This document shows positions 14,601-26,410 of a stretch of DNA of 64,000 nucleotides, piece by piece. A model generated the notes under the pieces. It was not told where the DNA came from, ran no database searches, and worked only from the letters and a program-made list of their open reading frames with translations. Origin of the DNA: Magallana gigas. Taxonomy: Eukaryota. The position numbers and the translations under genes are program-made. The stretch is from positions 30,008,001 to 30,072,000 of the forward strand of contig NC_088859.1 in the NCBI RefSeq assembly GCF_963853765.1, given 5' to 3'. Each line of letters begins with the position of its first letter. The stretch's first letter is position 1.

Positions 14601-16302
14601 TAGATAGTTTATCATTTAAATGAATATATTACACACATGTCTTGTTAGCATGTATCTGGTCTTTGTAAAAAATTAAACCCAAAGCTACTATGTATACTAT
14701 AGAAATAATAGGCATTGCAGAAAAAAGTCAGCATACTTTAAAATGCTCTCTTTACTAAACCGCTTAAGCAAATTCCTTGAAATTTTAAACATATCATTTT
14801 TTAATAAAGTCCAATCCAAATTACACTGTAAAAGTTTATTTCATGATATACCATGTATCACATTTTTTAAAGTTTGTCTGGTTTTTATATGGACTGGTAC
14901 TTAAGTGTTTTAAGGTATGGTTTTACTTATATACAAGCATTTTGACAAATTGTGAATTCTATAGATTTGTTAAGTACACTTTGGCCCCTGGACAATTCCT
15001 TGGCCTCGCAAGGGGTTCAAAATTTGATTTATAGGTTTATATCTTTTATAAAAAGTTGTTTAAGAAATTCTTGAGAACTGCAATGCTCAACATGTAATAT
15101 AGCTATTATATCACCGTGTTACAAAAGGGGCTTAATAATAAACAATTATAAAATATCCAAGGGGGAAATTCAACTATTTTATACAGAATATGTTCAACTA
15201 CATATTTTGTACAAAAAACTCCATAAAGCTGATTTTATTATGGCTGTTGTTGCTCATGTGAGCTATGTGACCCATGGGCCTCTTGTTTTAACAATATTTT
15301 CTAGGACTGGATCCAGCTAAACCAGCCTTTGAAAACCACCCAGAAGGAGTAAGAATAGATTCCTCGGATGCTGTTTTTGTGGACATTATCCATACTAATG
15401 GAGCGCCCATACGTCTTGGTGGTGCTGGCTTAATGGAGGTGTCAGGTCACGTGGATTTCTACGTCAATGGAGGAGAGAGACAACCAGGATGTCCCAACCT
15501 TGTCACCGGGACGTTTGAACAGTTATTCAGTCGCAATCTATCTGGTAAAAAGAATGTATTATTTTTATCGATTCTTTTTCAACTGAATGTCGGTGTTATG
15601 TTTATTACAAACTTGCAGTGGTATATTATATAATTGTTTTTTCATTATTTGCCGTTGTTTTTATGGAATAATGTTCGTGTGCATTGAATATTGGTGACAT
15701 TCTCATACGAATGTGTTCTTATATAATACAATTATTCCTTCACTATCAGGTGGTGTTTTCGATTTATATTATATTTAAGTTAGTTTAAGATAAGGAGTAA
15801 TTTTTTTGTTACATGTTGTATGTCCTTTTTTCCATGATGAAAAATTAAAAAACAAAAACAAAAACAAAAAAACCAGATCACAAAAATAGTCATGTATGAA
15901 AATAGAATCATCATCTTATAAAAAATCACAATATATAAATGTAAAACATAATCACAAAATATGATAAAAAGGAACCTTTTTATCGATCATGAAATAAAAC
16001 CACATTAAAGTAAAACAAGAGGCCCAACGGCCACACAACTCACCTGAGCAAAAATAGCCACAAGTTCAATTATAAAATCAGCTTTATCTAACTAAATAAA
16101 AACTATCTGAAATTTAGTAGAGAATGTCTTGTTTAAAAAGGATTTATTATTCACATTTTTCACCACATATACCTATGCTAAACATCGGGTGCCTTTTGAT
16201 GTATCAGTGATCGTTGTTTCAACAATTTAATAATCAAAGTACTGAAGTACTGAAACCGGGCTCTTTTGGTGTGTCTTTATGCATATTGTGTTGTAAAGAC
16301 TG

Positions 16303-16370
<68 letters not shown>

Positions 16371-19300
16371 GCTTTTAATGTCGGCAATGCGTCAGAGAGC
16401 GACCAAATTTAAGCGGCTATAAACAAAAATAAACAAAAATATGTCTGTCTAGTAGGAAAAAAATCAACAGTTGCTGCCTTGAATTTTGCAACAAGCGTTA
16501 TATGTTCAATTCCCATTTCTTCAACGCGCAGCAAGGTAGTTCATGGAAATTCGTGCGCATTGTTTGTCTCCCAAATGCATAGTCTTGTTTTTAAAACACG
16601 TTATTAATAAGAAAACTGAAAAAGATAAACAATTCTCTCGAAATTAAAAGAAAAGAAACAAAATGCCAACACTTTTGACAAAAAGTGGCTCTTTGTGTAA
16701 TTATTTGGTATAGCGGAAGCTTTTACTTTGACGCTGTTTGGTTTTTTGTTTACTTTTGAAGTTTGCTATTTATAGTAACATTGGCGATTTGCCTGCTTAC
16801 AGCCAGGACTCTGCTTTCAGCAGAGCCCGGCTAAAAATACACTCTGACGCATAATGATATTTTAAATTGTATCCTTAAAAAAATATTTCTTACTGATTTT
16901 AGATATAGTCATATGCTGATTTTATAACCTCTCCAGAGTTCCCGTATTTAGTTTGGAGGTCATTATTTCATTGATTTAAATCTAAACTATAATCCTCAGG
17001 AAGCTTCCATTAAAGAAATATCATTAAAAATTTTCAAATGAATAAGTTGATCCCCTATTGGACCCGCTTTACCACCGCCGATCATGATTTAAACAAACTT
17101 GAATCTACACTACCTGAACATGCATTCAAACAAGTTTAAACCTTTCTGACCGAATGGTTTTTTAGAAAAAATTAAATTAAAAAATTAAATTGAAGATTTT
17201 CTCTATTTATTTGTATATATGAATAAATGCCCCCCCCCCCACCCCCTCCTCCAGTGTGGCCCAACCTTACACCCGGGGATCATGATTTGAACAAACTTGA
17301 TTCTACACTACCTGAGGATGCTTCCACACAAGTCTTAGATTTCTGGCTAATGATTTTTAACAGCAAGAACAGCTGTTTTATAAAACTGGATTAAACTGGT
17401 TATCTCTTATAGACTGTTGAGACGAGGATGAAAATATAATCCATGAAAAATAACTCTTTTTGCTTTTAACAATAAAATCAACTTTATTATTGAATAATTG
17501 TAAAACATGGTGTTTTTACAACAGGTATGAAATACATTTTTAAACCGATAACATAGAAATCAATGTTTGGGAACTACTTATGTAAATTACATGTAAAATC
17601 ATACGCAGTGATTAGGTTGTTGCATTTAAAGACATTTAAAGATTACAGAATTTTAATTGAAAAACACAGTAGAATGTAAATATTTTGTAATGCAGGTGCA
17701 CTTACAGCCGCGTCATGTAGCCATAGCCGGTCTCACGAATACTTCACCGAGTCTATACTAACTGATCGTCCCTTAACAGCATACCCATGTGACAATTATG
17801 TAAGTGGTTTTACAGGCGTAAACGTTTAGATTTCAGGTTTTTTCCACATAATACATGTACACATAATACATTTAAAACGTATAATTATGAAAATAAATTT
17901 ATTTCCCTCCGTAGAGGATCATGATATAAAACATTGTTTGCTTGCGATTAAAATATACTACGTTTTTGTTGTTTGTAACCTAATTATCTGATCAATCATA
18001 TCAACCTTTGGATTTTAAAAAAAAACACCAACAAACCAAATTTAAAACAACAACAACAATGACAACAACGGTGAAATTAAACACCCAAAATCCATACAAA
18101 TTTAATACGAATTTGTAATACATGTATGTTCTCACATTTTTAGATTAAAAATGTATAAATATACAATGTACATAATAGGAGAAGTTTAGCTCCGGAGGAT
18201 GCAGAACGTGTCGACGGGTAGGTTGTTCCCAGCTTGGATTGAACGCAGACGTAAACTCAGGACGCGGGAAAATGTTTCTTGACACCCTCAGCATGGCACC
18301 CTTCTTTGGTAAACTTAATAACCCATGGAAAGGTTTGGGCCAAAGGTGCTGTTATTTTTTAATTTGGTTTGTACAAAACCAACAAAGTCTGTTCAAAACC
18401 CTCTTGTGACTTAGAGTTAAGTAAAATGCAGTCATCGGAATAAAGTAAAAGCATTTTCTTGCAGGTTATCATTATCTTGTAACCGTAGTGTTTGGGACGC
18501 GCGATTCCATTGGTCAATTACTACTAACAGGTCACGATAGTGCTGGCCAAACGCATCTAATTCATATGACTGGGTGAGCCTTTACGAACAGAGGTTCAAT
18601 TAATATTATGTTTTAAAAATTGATAATTCTAATTTTCCTTTTTTAAAGCAATATGAGCTGTAATTTTTAGAATTTTATTTTGTTGCAGAAACATGCTAGT
18701 ATGATAAGTCTGCATTTAACTTAAACTTTTATGGTAAATAAAGTCTGCAAATAACTTAAACTTTTATGGTAAATAAAGTAAATAAAAAAAATTCATTAAT
18801 TTTTGTCAGAAGAGAGATTTCTCTTATAAGGCATATGTAACAAAATCAATTTATGTACAGGACGACAATAATTCAATTTTGCTCCAATAAAGGCTTTACT
18901 CACAAAAATACAGCTTACAGATATTTAAAACCATGATTTTTTTAGTCATTTTAAAAGAAAAACACATTTTCGTAAAAAAAAAATTTCAACATAAAAATTG
19001 CAGCTCATATTGCTTTAAGAATATTTATTCCCAGAGAATCTTGTTGTAGGATTTTAGATAGAAGATTTCTTTAAATTTATTACTTTGGCTTTGCAGTTCT
19101 GAGGTACAATTAAGAGCAGGAATGCCTCATGCCAAAGTAGTCATTTTGGAAAGAAGATTTGCGAATATTAAATCTATTGATGTTGTGTATGTAAAAAAGA
19201 GAGGATTTTTGTTTGGACTTGGAAGAGTACTAGATGAAATAACTTTGACATCTATTACTGTGGAAAATATTCAGGCTAACAATAAGTAAGTTTGTATCTT

Positions 19301-19656
19301 CACTTGCGTCCCTACTGCCATTATTTTTCTTTCAGTTTCTACTGAGGTAACGAGCTTTCTAAGAATGAATTACAAGTGTATGTTTTAATTCATTATGGTA
19401 ATTTCTCAGTTGATATAAACTTGAAGGACATAATTATATTATGTTAAATTACTTTAAAAAAAGATTTTATTTTAAGAATTCGAACAAGTAGAATTAATTA
19501 TTCAAGTTATATTTTTATATATTAATGATATATTATTATTATTATTATTAAAACACTGTGATTCTTTCTAGATTCACGTTCTGTTTGGGAGGATTACGAT
19601 TTCCGGATAGAGTATCCGTGACCACCACTCAAAGATCCGCCTCCGGAACTTGTTAA
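1..19656 (+). CDS. Pancreatic lipase-related protein, tandem copy 1 (5'-partial, multi-exon)
   Basis: Exons <1-170, 15305-15544, 17696-17799, 18179-18308, 18465-18573, 19097-19285, 19572-19656 (TAA). All introns are GT-AG with consistent phases, and exon sizes (240/104/130/109/189/85) equal those of copy 2. GHSLG nucleophile, GLDPA Asp, CSH His, C-terminal PLAT-like exons. Confidence 0.93.
1800..2140 (+). repeat. ~140-bp tandem repeat, about 3 diverged units (satellite-like)
   Basis: Core (C)CTTGACCCAAGGTCA..AAGTTCAAGGTCACTT recurs at ~1817, ~1957 and ~2099. Confidence 0.7.
3372..14466 (-). CDS. Sola3-type DDD transposase, 14 exons, 1078 aa reconstructed; exon 1 split by an insertion
   Basis: Exons (minus): 14466-14321+10659-10391, 10021-9954, 9795-9718, 9501-9433, 9049-8836, 8184-7930, 7686-7586, 6874-6607, 6301-6186, 5969-5804, 5670-5387, 5046-4851, 4568-4225, 4034-3372. 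All GT-AG, phases consistent, total 3237 nt. Motifs: IMDWAMKFLP..REKQSDWYGQKGINWH, RSDNAGCYH, EAQSGKSYCD, C2H2-like CPEAGC-x12-H-x5-H, N-terminal ICPNH..C..H..ICRRC. Family assignment is from recalled motifs. Confidence 0.85.
4658..4716. repeat. (CT)n microsatellite in transposase intron
   Basis: Uninterrupted CT run. Confidence 0.95.
8410..8626. repeat. (GA)n microsatellites flanking a ~63-bp tandem duplication
   Basis: Two GA runs around two copies of GAATCTTGATTCACAGAG.GATAGGATATTATAT.AATCAGTT. Confidence 0.85.
8646..8797. other. Assembly gap
   Basis: N run, lying inside a transposase intron. Confidence 0.99.
10665..14320. mobile_element. Non-autonomous TIR element with 5-bp TSD, inserted in transposase exon 1
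   Basis: TSD CCACT at 10660-10664 and 14321-14325. Termini CATTGGCGGATCCAG and CTGGATCCGCCTCTG with sub-terminal GGGGGGTTCC. Removing the element and one TSD restores in-frame ..KDVSGHLRSLKL.. Confidence 0.88.
11815..14078. mobile_element. Non-autonomous CCC..GGG element (EnSpm/CACTA-like), TA TSD, nested in the 5-bp-TSD element
   Basis: Perfect 18-bp TIR CCCTTAGCAAAAACAAAT (11815-11832 / 14061-14078) flanked by TA on both sides. Inverted sub-terminal motif blocks (GCATTTAACATTG, GCATTTATTTTTGATTGAA) at both ends. Confidence 0.75.
16014..17360 (-). mobile_element. Helentron-type element fragment with ~165-bp satellite monomers, containing an unrelated insert and a (CT)n run
   Basis: AACAAGAGGCCC..ACTCACCTGAGCAA at 16014-16051 is the reverse complement of the Helentron 3' end. 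Monomers GATCATGATTT.AACAAACTTGA.TCTACACTACCTGA occur at ~17080 and ~17278. (CT)n at ~16307-16368. Confidence 0.6.
18647..19014. mobile_element. 368-bp MITE, TTAA TSD, AG..CT termini (Kolobok-like)
   Basis: TTAA at 18643-18646 and 19015-19018. 23-bp TIR AGCAATATGAGCTG(T/C)AATTTTTA with 1 mismatch. Confidence 0.8.
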
Positions 19657-20230
19657 ATCATCCTACATAAAATAATAAAAATATACTTAATATATGTAAT
19701 TTAATAAAGAAACGAGATGATATCTAAAATTGCAAACGGCCAAGCTTATTCTTTTTTCCGTTCTTTCACGTTCACTCCAGTTTCCTGAATATCATACGTT
19801 TAAGAAGGAAAAATGTCGATTTGAAAAATGTACCTTTAGTTGAACTGGATCTTTGGTTGCCCCCCCCTCCCCCCCCCCCCCCCCCCTTTCAAAGACGGCC
19901 TTTCATATTCATTAGTTTAACAAATCATTATACTATCAACTAGTTGAAAAATTGTGAATTAAACATATTTTTCAAAAATGCGTTTAGTGTCTTGATAATT
20001 AAATATGTTGATGTATTTGGTCCCAAATGACACGCGCTTTGAATTCGTTTTTCGAAGTGCGTATTTTTTTCAAAGTGCTGTTATGATGTAAATTTTGAAT
20101 TGAAAATTTACAACACGATAACTTGTAAATTTTGTATTTACACCTAACCATGACAGTGCGCTGCAACACATCATCCACATGTTTTCTGTTTGATAAGACA
20201 AACACTCACTGACGGAATATCCGCCAACAC

Positions 20231-20239
20231 TATATAAAG
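20231..20239 (+). promoter_or_regulatory. Candidate TATA box of lipase copy 2
   Basis: TATATAAAG ~380 bp upstream of the ATG, followed by a probable non-coding exon (donor gtatgt ~20318; acceptor cag 20581-20583). Confidence 0.45.
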
Positions 20240-20608
20240 ATCGACCTCATCAACTTGTTAGAATCGGTCAAACAGAGACTTTATCACGGTTTATCTGTTA
20301 TTTGTGGTTCAATGAAAGTATGTCGTTATATGTCTGTTGTATTATTTTGAATTGCATATTATTTAAAATCTTTTTTTTTTAAATCAAAATTCGTTTTCAA
20401 CCACATTTAACAACCCTTTCCTGTAAAAAAAAATATTTTATTTATGCATAGATATTTTATGATATCATTCTCATTTACATGTATTTGTGAAATCACATTG
20501 TTTAGATAATGTTATTAAATACAGTATATTATGATAATGTAATTTGAAGGTATTAACCTTTGAAAGGGAATAGAAGGTCCCAGAATTGTGTCGTCTTCTG
20601 ATAACACA

Positions 20609-23600
20609 ATGGTTAACAATATGACGTCACAGATAGCAATCTTGTTGACTTTTGTAGGTAAGAATTAGTAAATATTCATGATCATCAGAAATTAAGTGGC
20701 TAAACTCTGTATATCAACAATTCATTGAAAGTAAAGTTATCTTAAACTATCATGTTCGATAATATTAATTCGCTGAGCAAATTGTATTTTTTAAATGGAT
20801 GGCTGAGTTACACATTCATTTTTTTATGAGTTTGGATTTTTTTTTTCGTTATCAAAAGCCGGTGTATGTACGACAAGTACAACGGAAAACCCGTATGAAA
20901 ACAGAACAGTGTGTTACAAATATGTGGGCTGTTTCAACAACCTCCCTCCCTTTGACAACGCTGCTTACGACTTGCCACGCTCGCCCGAGGAGATAGGGAC
21001 AGAGTTTTTGCTTTTTACACGGAGGAATCCATCAAATCCAGACCGTCTGGATTATGTATCCCAATCCTTTGTCCTCAGTTCTCAGTTCCAGAGCAGTGTC
21101 CAGACCAAGATCATTATCCATGGATTCGCTAACACAGTCAAAACCACATGGTTATACAATATGAAAGATGCATTTTTAACAAAGGTAAAAAAGGGCGTTC
21201 GTTATTAGTGTAATTTTTCTTAAAAATTAAATATATTATTAGTTTCAGTTGAAAAAACTTCAATTACAATGAACATTTCTTATTATCAGATCTTTATCAT
21301 AATAAAAGACATTTAATATTGATAAGAAACTATAACACACGGTATTTCGGTCTTTCTATGTGTCTTATCAAACGGTTGAAATCGTAAACGCGTGGAATAA
21401 ATTATTCTATCTAAACTGAGAAGTTGTTTTATATTTCGACGAAGGTTTTTATTGCTAAATAAATTCCTCAACAAATTAAATTATTGTGTGTATTACCTTG
21501 GGAAAAAATCATCTTTACATCAGAAACATAATAAATACTCTGTTGAACAAAAAAGGGGGGTGGCATATTTGAATTTTTAAAGAAACTGTGTTTTTTGTGA
21601 AAGTCAAAACAATTTATAAAAAAGAAATAGAATAAAATACATTTCAAAATATAGAAATATACATATCTCGTTTCCATTTTTAATACCTTTGTAGTACTTC
21701 ATTTATGAAATTTGAGTTTTGAGATGTACCCTTTTAAAACCCAAACGACCTAATCTAGTATATTAGTACATTATGTGCAATATATTTTTACTCAGTACAT
21801 ATTGCTAGTTACAATTCACCTATAGAAGCCAAACATAATTCCATTTAACTAAGACGGTTTAAATATGGGATGAAATAAACCTTCATATAATTATCAAACT
21901 GGTAAATTGTAAATCCGCTTCTCTACGATACGCTATACTTTTATACTGATACGCTAACGAGTGTACAAGTATAGCGTATCGTTGATGATAAGCTGTATAC
22001 AAGTATAGCGTATCGTAGAGGAGCGGATTTACTAGTCTGATTTTAACTGGTTGGTATTTATCAATAACAACATCACTCTGTGCCACATCCCTCCATAACT
22101 TTTCCTTGTTCGAGGCCTCTCCTACAAAGGAAAAGCTCCAGTTTCTATGTCAGTGTATATTATGATACATTTAATTGACAGGGAGACTACAACGTGATCG
22201 TTGTGGCGTGGGGTGCGGGAGCCGCGGCCCCCGACTACAACCAGGCCGTCTCCAACACCAGAATGGTGGCCACCCAGACCCGGCTCATTATCGAGGGGCT
22301 GGTCCAGGCTGGGGGGAGGCTCACTGACATCCACCTCATAGGTCACAGCCTGGGGGCCCACACCGCGGGATCCACGGGCAGACAAATGGGCGGCAAAGTT
22401 GGACGAATAACGGGTAATGTGATGACGAAATCGGAATATATGATGTAATTATTTGCTCACGGTTATTGTGCTTGTTTATGGTCGTGTGGTGTTTGGGAGT
22501 TCATGTCCTCTATATTGGATTCAATGTATCGACAATTGGTGTCCAACCCGATGTACTCTTTTTAAATAATATTTACATTCAGATAAAGGAAAGAATATTA
22601 TAGGCAAAGGGGGGGGGGGGGTCTAACCGTCACATTTAAGTAACTTTAAAGATACTTAAAGTAAACTTTGCCTGGTTCTCATTTTTATCAAAATATACAG
22701 ATATTATTACATAATAGCGTGTTTGATACATATTTTGAAGGTTTTGCATTACAATGATGTGAATTTTAATATATCATTATAAAATTATGTGAAGTTTAAT
22801 AAGAGGTAATTTGTAACAAAGCTCATGCAAATCAAAACTTATATTTAAAATTATTTTTTAAGTAAACGTGAATGTAAGGATGTTAGTTCGGTAAAGGAAG
22901 CATAATTTATTAATTTTTCGTTTGAACATAAAGCACTATTTCCTTTAAAAAGGATTGTTTTCAAAAATTTATTTGATTTAAAATATGATATTTGTATGAG
23001 CAATATACTTGATAGTGAGAATCCTGATGTAAATATCAGATATTTTGTTTTAATTGGTACAATTAAAACAACTAAGGCGAGAAACCCCTTACAGTGGTTA
23101 CTTTGACATTGTCCAGGACTGGACCCAGCTGAGCCAGCGTTTGAAAACCACCCAGAAGGAGTAAGAATCGATCCCTCGGATGCCGTTTTTGTGGACATTA
23201 TCCATACAAACGGAGCACCCATACGGCGGGGCGGGGCAGGCTTAATGCAGGCGTCAGGTCACGTGGATTTCTACGTCAATGGAGGGGAGAGACAGCCGGG
23301 ATGTCCTAACCTTGTCACCGGGACCTTTGAGCAGCTGTTTAGTCATAACGTTTCAGGTAAAATAGAGGTAATAGTAAAGAAGTTTCGATGGTCGTAGACA
23401 TTTTTAGGCTGTATTGATCTCCGTTAGAAGAAGAGTTCTCAGACTGTATAAAATATAGTGAAATACCTTAATTCAAAAGGTAAGATATATGGGTTTTTTT
23501 TTTCTTCCTGAAACAAAAGTTTCTTGCTAAAATAAATATCTTACAATTCTAGGTAGATTTAATGGTTATTTTGGTGACCATCCATCATCCTTAATAAAGA

Positions 23601-25825
23601 CTGATAAAATAGATCGCGGTAACAATTCTTAAACGTTTTCAAAAGTGTTTAGACTGGTAAAGGCGAAGAGAAATATTTGCGACAACGATTTTCTCGCAAG
23701 TCTCACTAAAAATTTCTTTTATACGAATAAAGTAGTTTCATTGTATAATATTGTCTGATTTGTTATGTAATTCCAACTTACCTTGAAGAAAATCAGCCGT
23801 GTTGGAAATGTTTTTCTTATTAATTTCTCACCGATCGTTGAGGTTTAAAAAAGGAGGCTTTCCAAGCACGACAGTTTTGTTTGCAATATTTGATCTCTCT
23901 GAATGCAGAACGGAGGTTTGCCAGTTCTTTGTGACAAAAGGATGCAAGCAACCGAACTATTTTATTAGTAGTTTTGTATTCTGTTATGCAGGTGCAGTTT
24001 TGGCTGCGTCATGTAGCCATGGTCGGTCTCACGAATACTTCACCGAATCCATACTGACCGACTGTCCCTTCACCGCATACCCATGTGACAATTATGTAAG
24101 AGTGCAGGGACTTGATATGATGATAGGAAAAATTGTCTCGTTATAACACAATTTCTGACATGTTCATTACGGCAACAAACAATCCATAACTCAGATTAAA
24201 TTCAGTCTTAGGCACACATTAGAGGAATCTTTTGTTGCTATTACTATTACCTTCTAACTAAAAGGTGTCGGCCTAACTGTTTGCCAACATTCATAATAAA
24301 TTATTGTTTGTTACCCAATTTTCTTATCTATCTTATCAACCAAAATATTGTTTCGAAAATGAAATGTAATTTGGTAATACAATTTAAGTAAGAATCGTTG
24401 ATATTGGACCACACTTTGGTTTCATGAGTAAAATTTAATATAATTATACAAAATAGGTCAAGTTTAGCTCCGGAGGGTGCAGTACATGTGGAATGGCAGG
24501 CTGCTCTCAGCTTGGCTTGAACGCAGACGTAAACTCAGGACGCGGGAAAATGTTTCTGGACACCCTCAGCATGGCACCCTTCTGTGGTGAGCTTTAACTG
24601 ATGACAAAGGACGAGTTTAAGAGATCGCTGTAACACAATTAACAAAACGTGGCTTTCCCTCTCTGTTCTAAAGTACTTCTATGGTTTCAAACATTAAGCA
24701 TTGGGTTTGAATAGTATTTAAAATGTTTAATGAACTAGTAGCTTTACGCGTTGTCATAAAACCAGATGGATTTGAATTAGTATCACTGACAACGAGACTA
24801 AATAGCATAGGACGTGCGTTTAATAATGATTTTTGTGATAAATCATCTTCATTATACCCTACCAACGAGTAATCATAAGAATAAAGTAAGTGTATCCCCT
24901 TTTAGGTTACCATTATCTTGTAACCGTTGTGATTGGAACACATGATGCCATTGGTCAGTTACTTCTAACAGTACATGGTAATGTTGGACAAACACAGCTG
25001 ATTCCTGTCACTGGGTAAGCCTCATACAGCCAGTTCTTATATACATGTATATCAGTGCTTATTTAGAATTTCTCCGATCCAAAAATACTAACCCTTTTGG
25101 TTTTGTGCAGCGAAGATAAATTCAGAAATATTAGGGGCTTGGTCACAATTTTTTCCTTCAAATTTTACTTTTCTTCTCTAAATGCTTTTAATTCTGTAAT
25201 AGTCAGCCATATTATTGTCAGTTGTCAAGTTATAAGCGAGATACAGAACTGGCAATTCTTTGTCATGTAAACAGCTTGTATAATTAAGTAAAATTTCATA
25301 ACTTTGGTAAAAATCTTATAACTTTATAAGATGTGGTTTTGCAGTTCTGGGGAATCCTTAAGAGCAGGGATGCCTCATTCCAAGGTTGTTGTTTTGGAAA
25401 GGAGATTTACGGATATTAACTCTGTTGATGTTCTGTATAAGAAAAAGAGAGGATTTTTGTTTGGATGGGGAGGAGCACCAAATGATATATCACTGACGTC
25501 CATTACAATTGAGAAAATCCGGGCAAACGATAAGTTAGTATTTTTATCCTCCATTGTGTCTTTACTGCATTTATTCTTTAAAATGGGTAATATTTTCCTT
25601 CAAAATTATGCGCTGAAATAGCAAATATCATTTTGACACGACTCGAAGTTTTGCATTTTTTCATTAAAAACTTTCAGCATTACTTTTATCAAACTTTTGT
25701 TATTGGAACAAGTATAAAGATATATTCATTTTTTGTCCAGATTCACGTTTTGCATGGGAAGTTTACGCTTCTCGGATGGAGTATCCGTTACCACCACTCA
25801 AAGATCCGCCACCGGAACTTGTTGA
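20609..25825 (+). CDS. Pancreatic lipase-related protein, tandem copy 2 (complete)
   Basis: Exons 20609-20657 (signal-peptide-like [17 protein letters not shown]), 20859-21184 ([13 protein letters not shown]), 22182-22413 (GHSLG), 23117-23356 ([21 protein letters not shown]), 23992-24095 (CSH), 24457-24586, 24906-25014, 25345-25533, 25741-25825 (TGA). All junctions are in phase. Confidence 0.95.
21909..22032. repeat. Small fold-back element
   Basis: 32-bp inverted arms (21909-21940 / 22001-22032, 1 mismatch) with internal copies of GTATAGCGTATCG. Confidence 0.8.
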
Positions 25826-26410
25826 ATCATGCAATGAAAAAAAATCGCTTCACATTTTTATTTTGGAGACACAAGTTATGAAATGAGAATACCAAGAAAG
25901 AAGTTTTCAAATAAAAATTATTACAAATTAAGTGCAGTTGTTTTGTGTAGGTAAATCACCATTTGCATTGACATTTTTTTTAGATCACTCATATCATACA
26001 TCAGCCGATCGTACAAAGTGTTTTGGGAATTGGTTGACGTGAAATATATGGGAAGAGGATTCGAACCAAACATTTAAAAAATGTACTAAAAAACTTTTCG
26101 GGATCTCGTACATTAAAACCTATACAGCCCAAGTCTAGTTCATATTTCCCTTTCTTTTCCTCTCGCTGGTTTATCTATTATATTAGAATGTCTCTGGGTT
26201 TTCGACTTTTGTGCATTGCAAGCAAAGACGACCAACTTCACGGTCAAAATCTAAGACGCACCTGAAAAGTCAAAATAGATACAAACTTAGATGTATGATG
26301 TATGACAGATATTATATAATCTGGTCACCATATGATTTGGTCACCAAGTACTGTGTTCTGTAAGTGATATGGTTCGGTGGGTTCCTTATCTCTGGCAGAA
26401 GGCGTCGACT

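Larger units (their letters stand above)
1125..14900 (-). mobile_element. Sola3-like DNA transposon (~13.8 kb including nested insertions)
   Basis: TTAA at 1121-1124 and 14901-14904. Perfect 14-bp TIR GTACCAGTCCATAT (1125-1138 / 14887-14900) extends imperfectly inward (e.g. ttccgtgggctct ~1625 vs agagcccacggaa ~14575). Encloses the complete minus-strand transposase gene. Confidence 0.75.
315..15286 (+). mobile_element. Non-autonomous Helentron-type element with ~165-bp satellite-like monomers, interrupted by a nested Sola3-like transposon
   Basis: 5' end TTTTTGGTTCACCTGAGCTGAAAGCTCAAG followed by GTCC/CTGT microsatellite. About 4 diverged ~165-bp monomers at 480-1115. 3' end GCTCATGTGA (sub-terminal IR of TCACCTGAGC) plus palindrome GACCCATGGGCC and TCTTGTTTT. 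The two halves could come from different subfamilies. Confidence 0.65.

Noticed and set aside
1-19656. Lipase copy 1 as a pseudogene
   Set aside because: All visible exons are open, with canonical splice sites and an intact triad. The 5' exons lie outside the window, so status is not fully testable.
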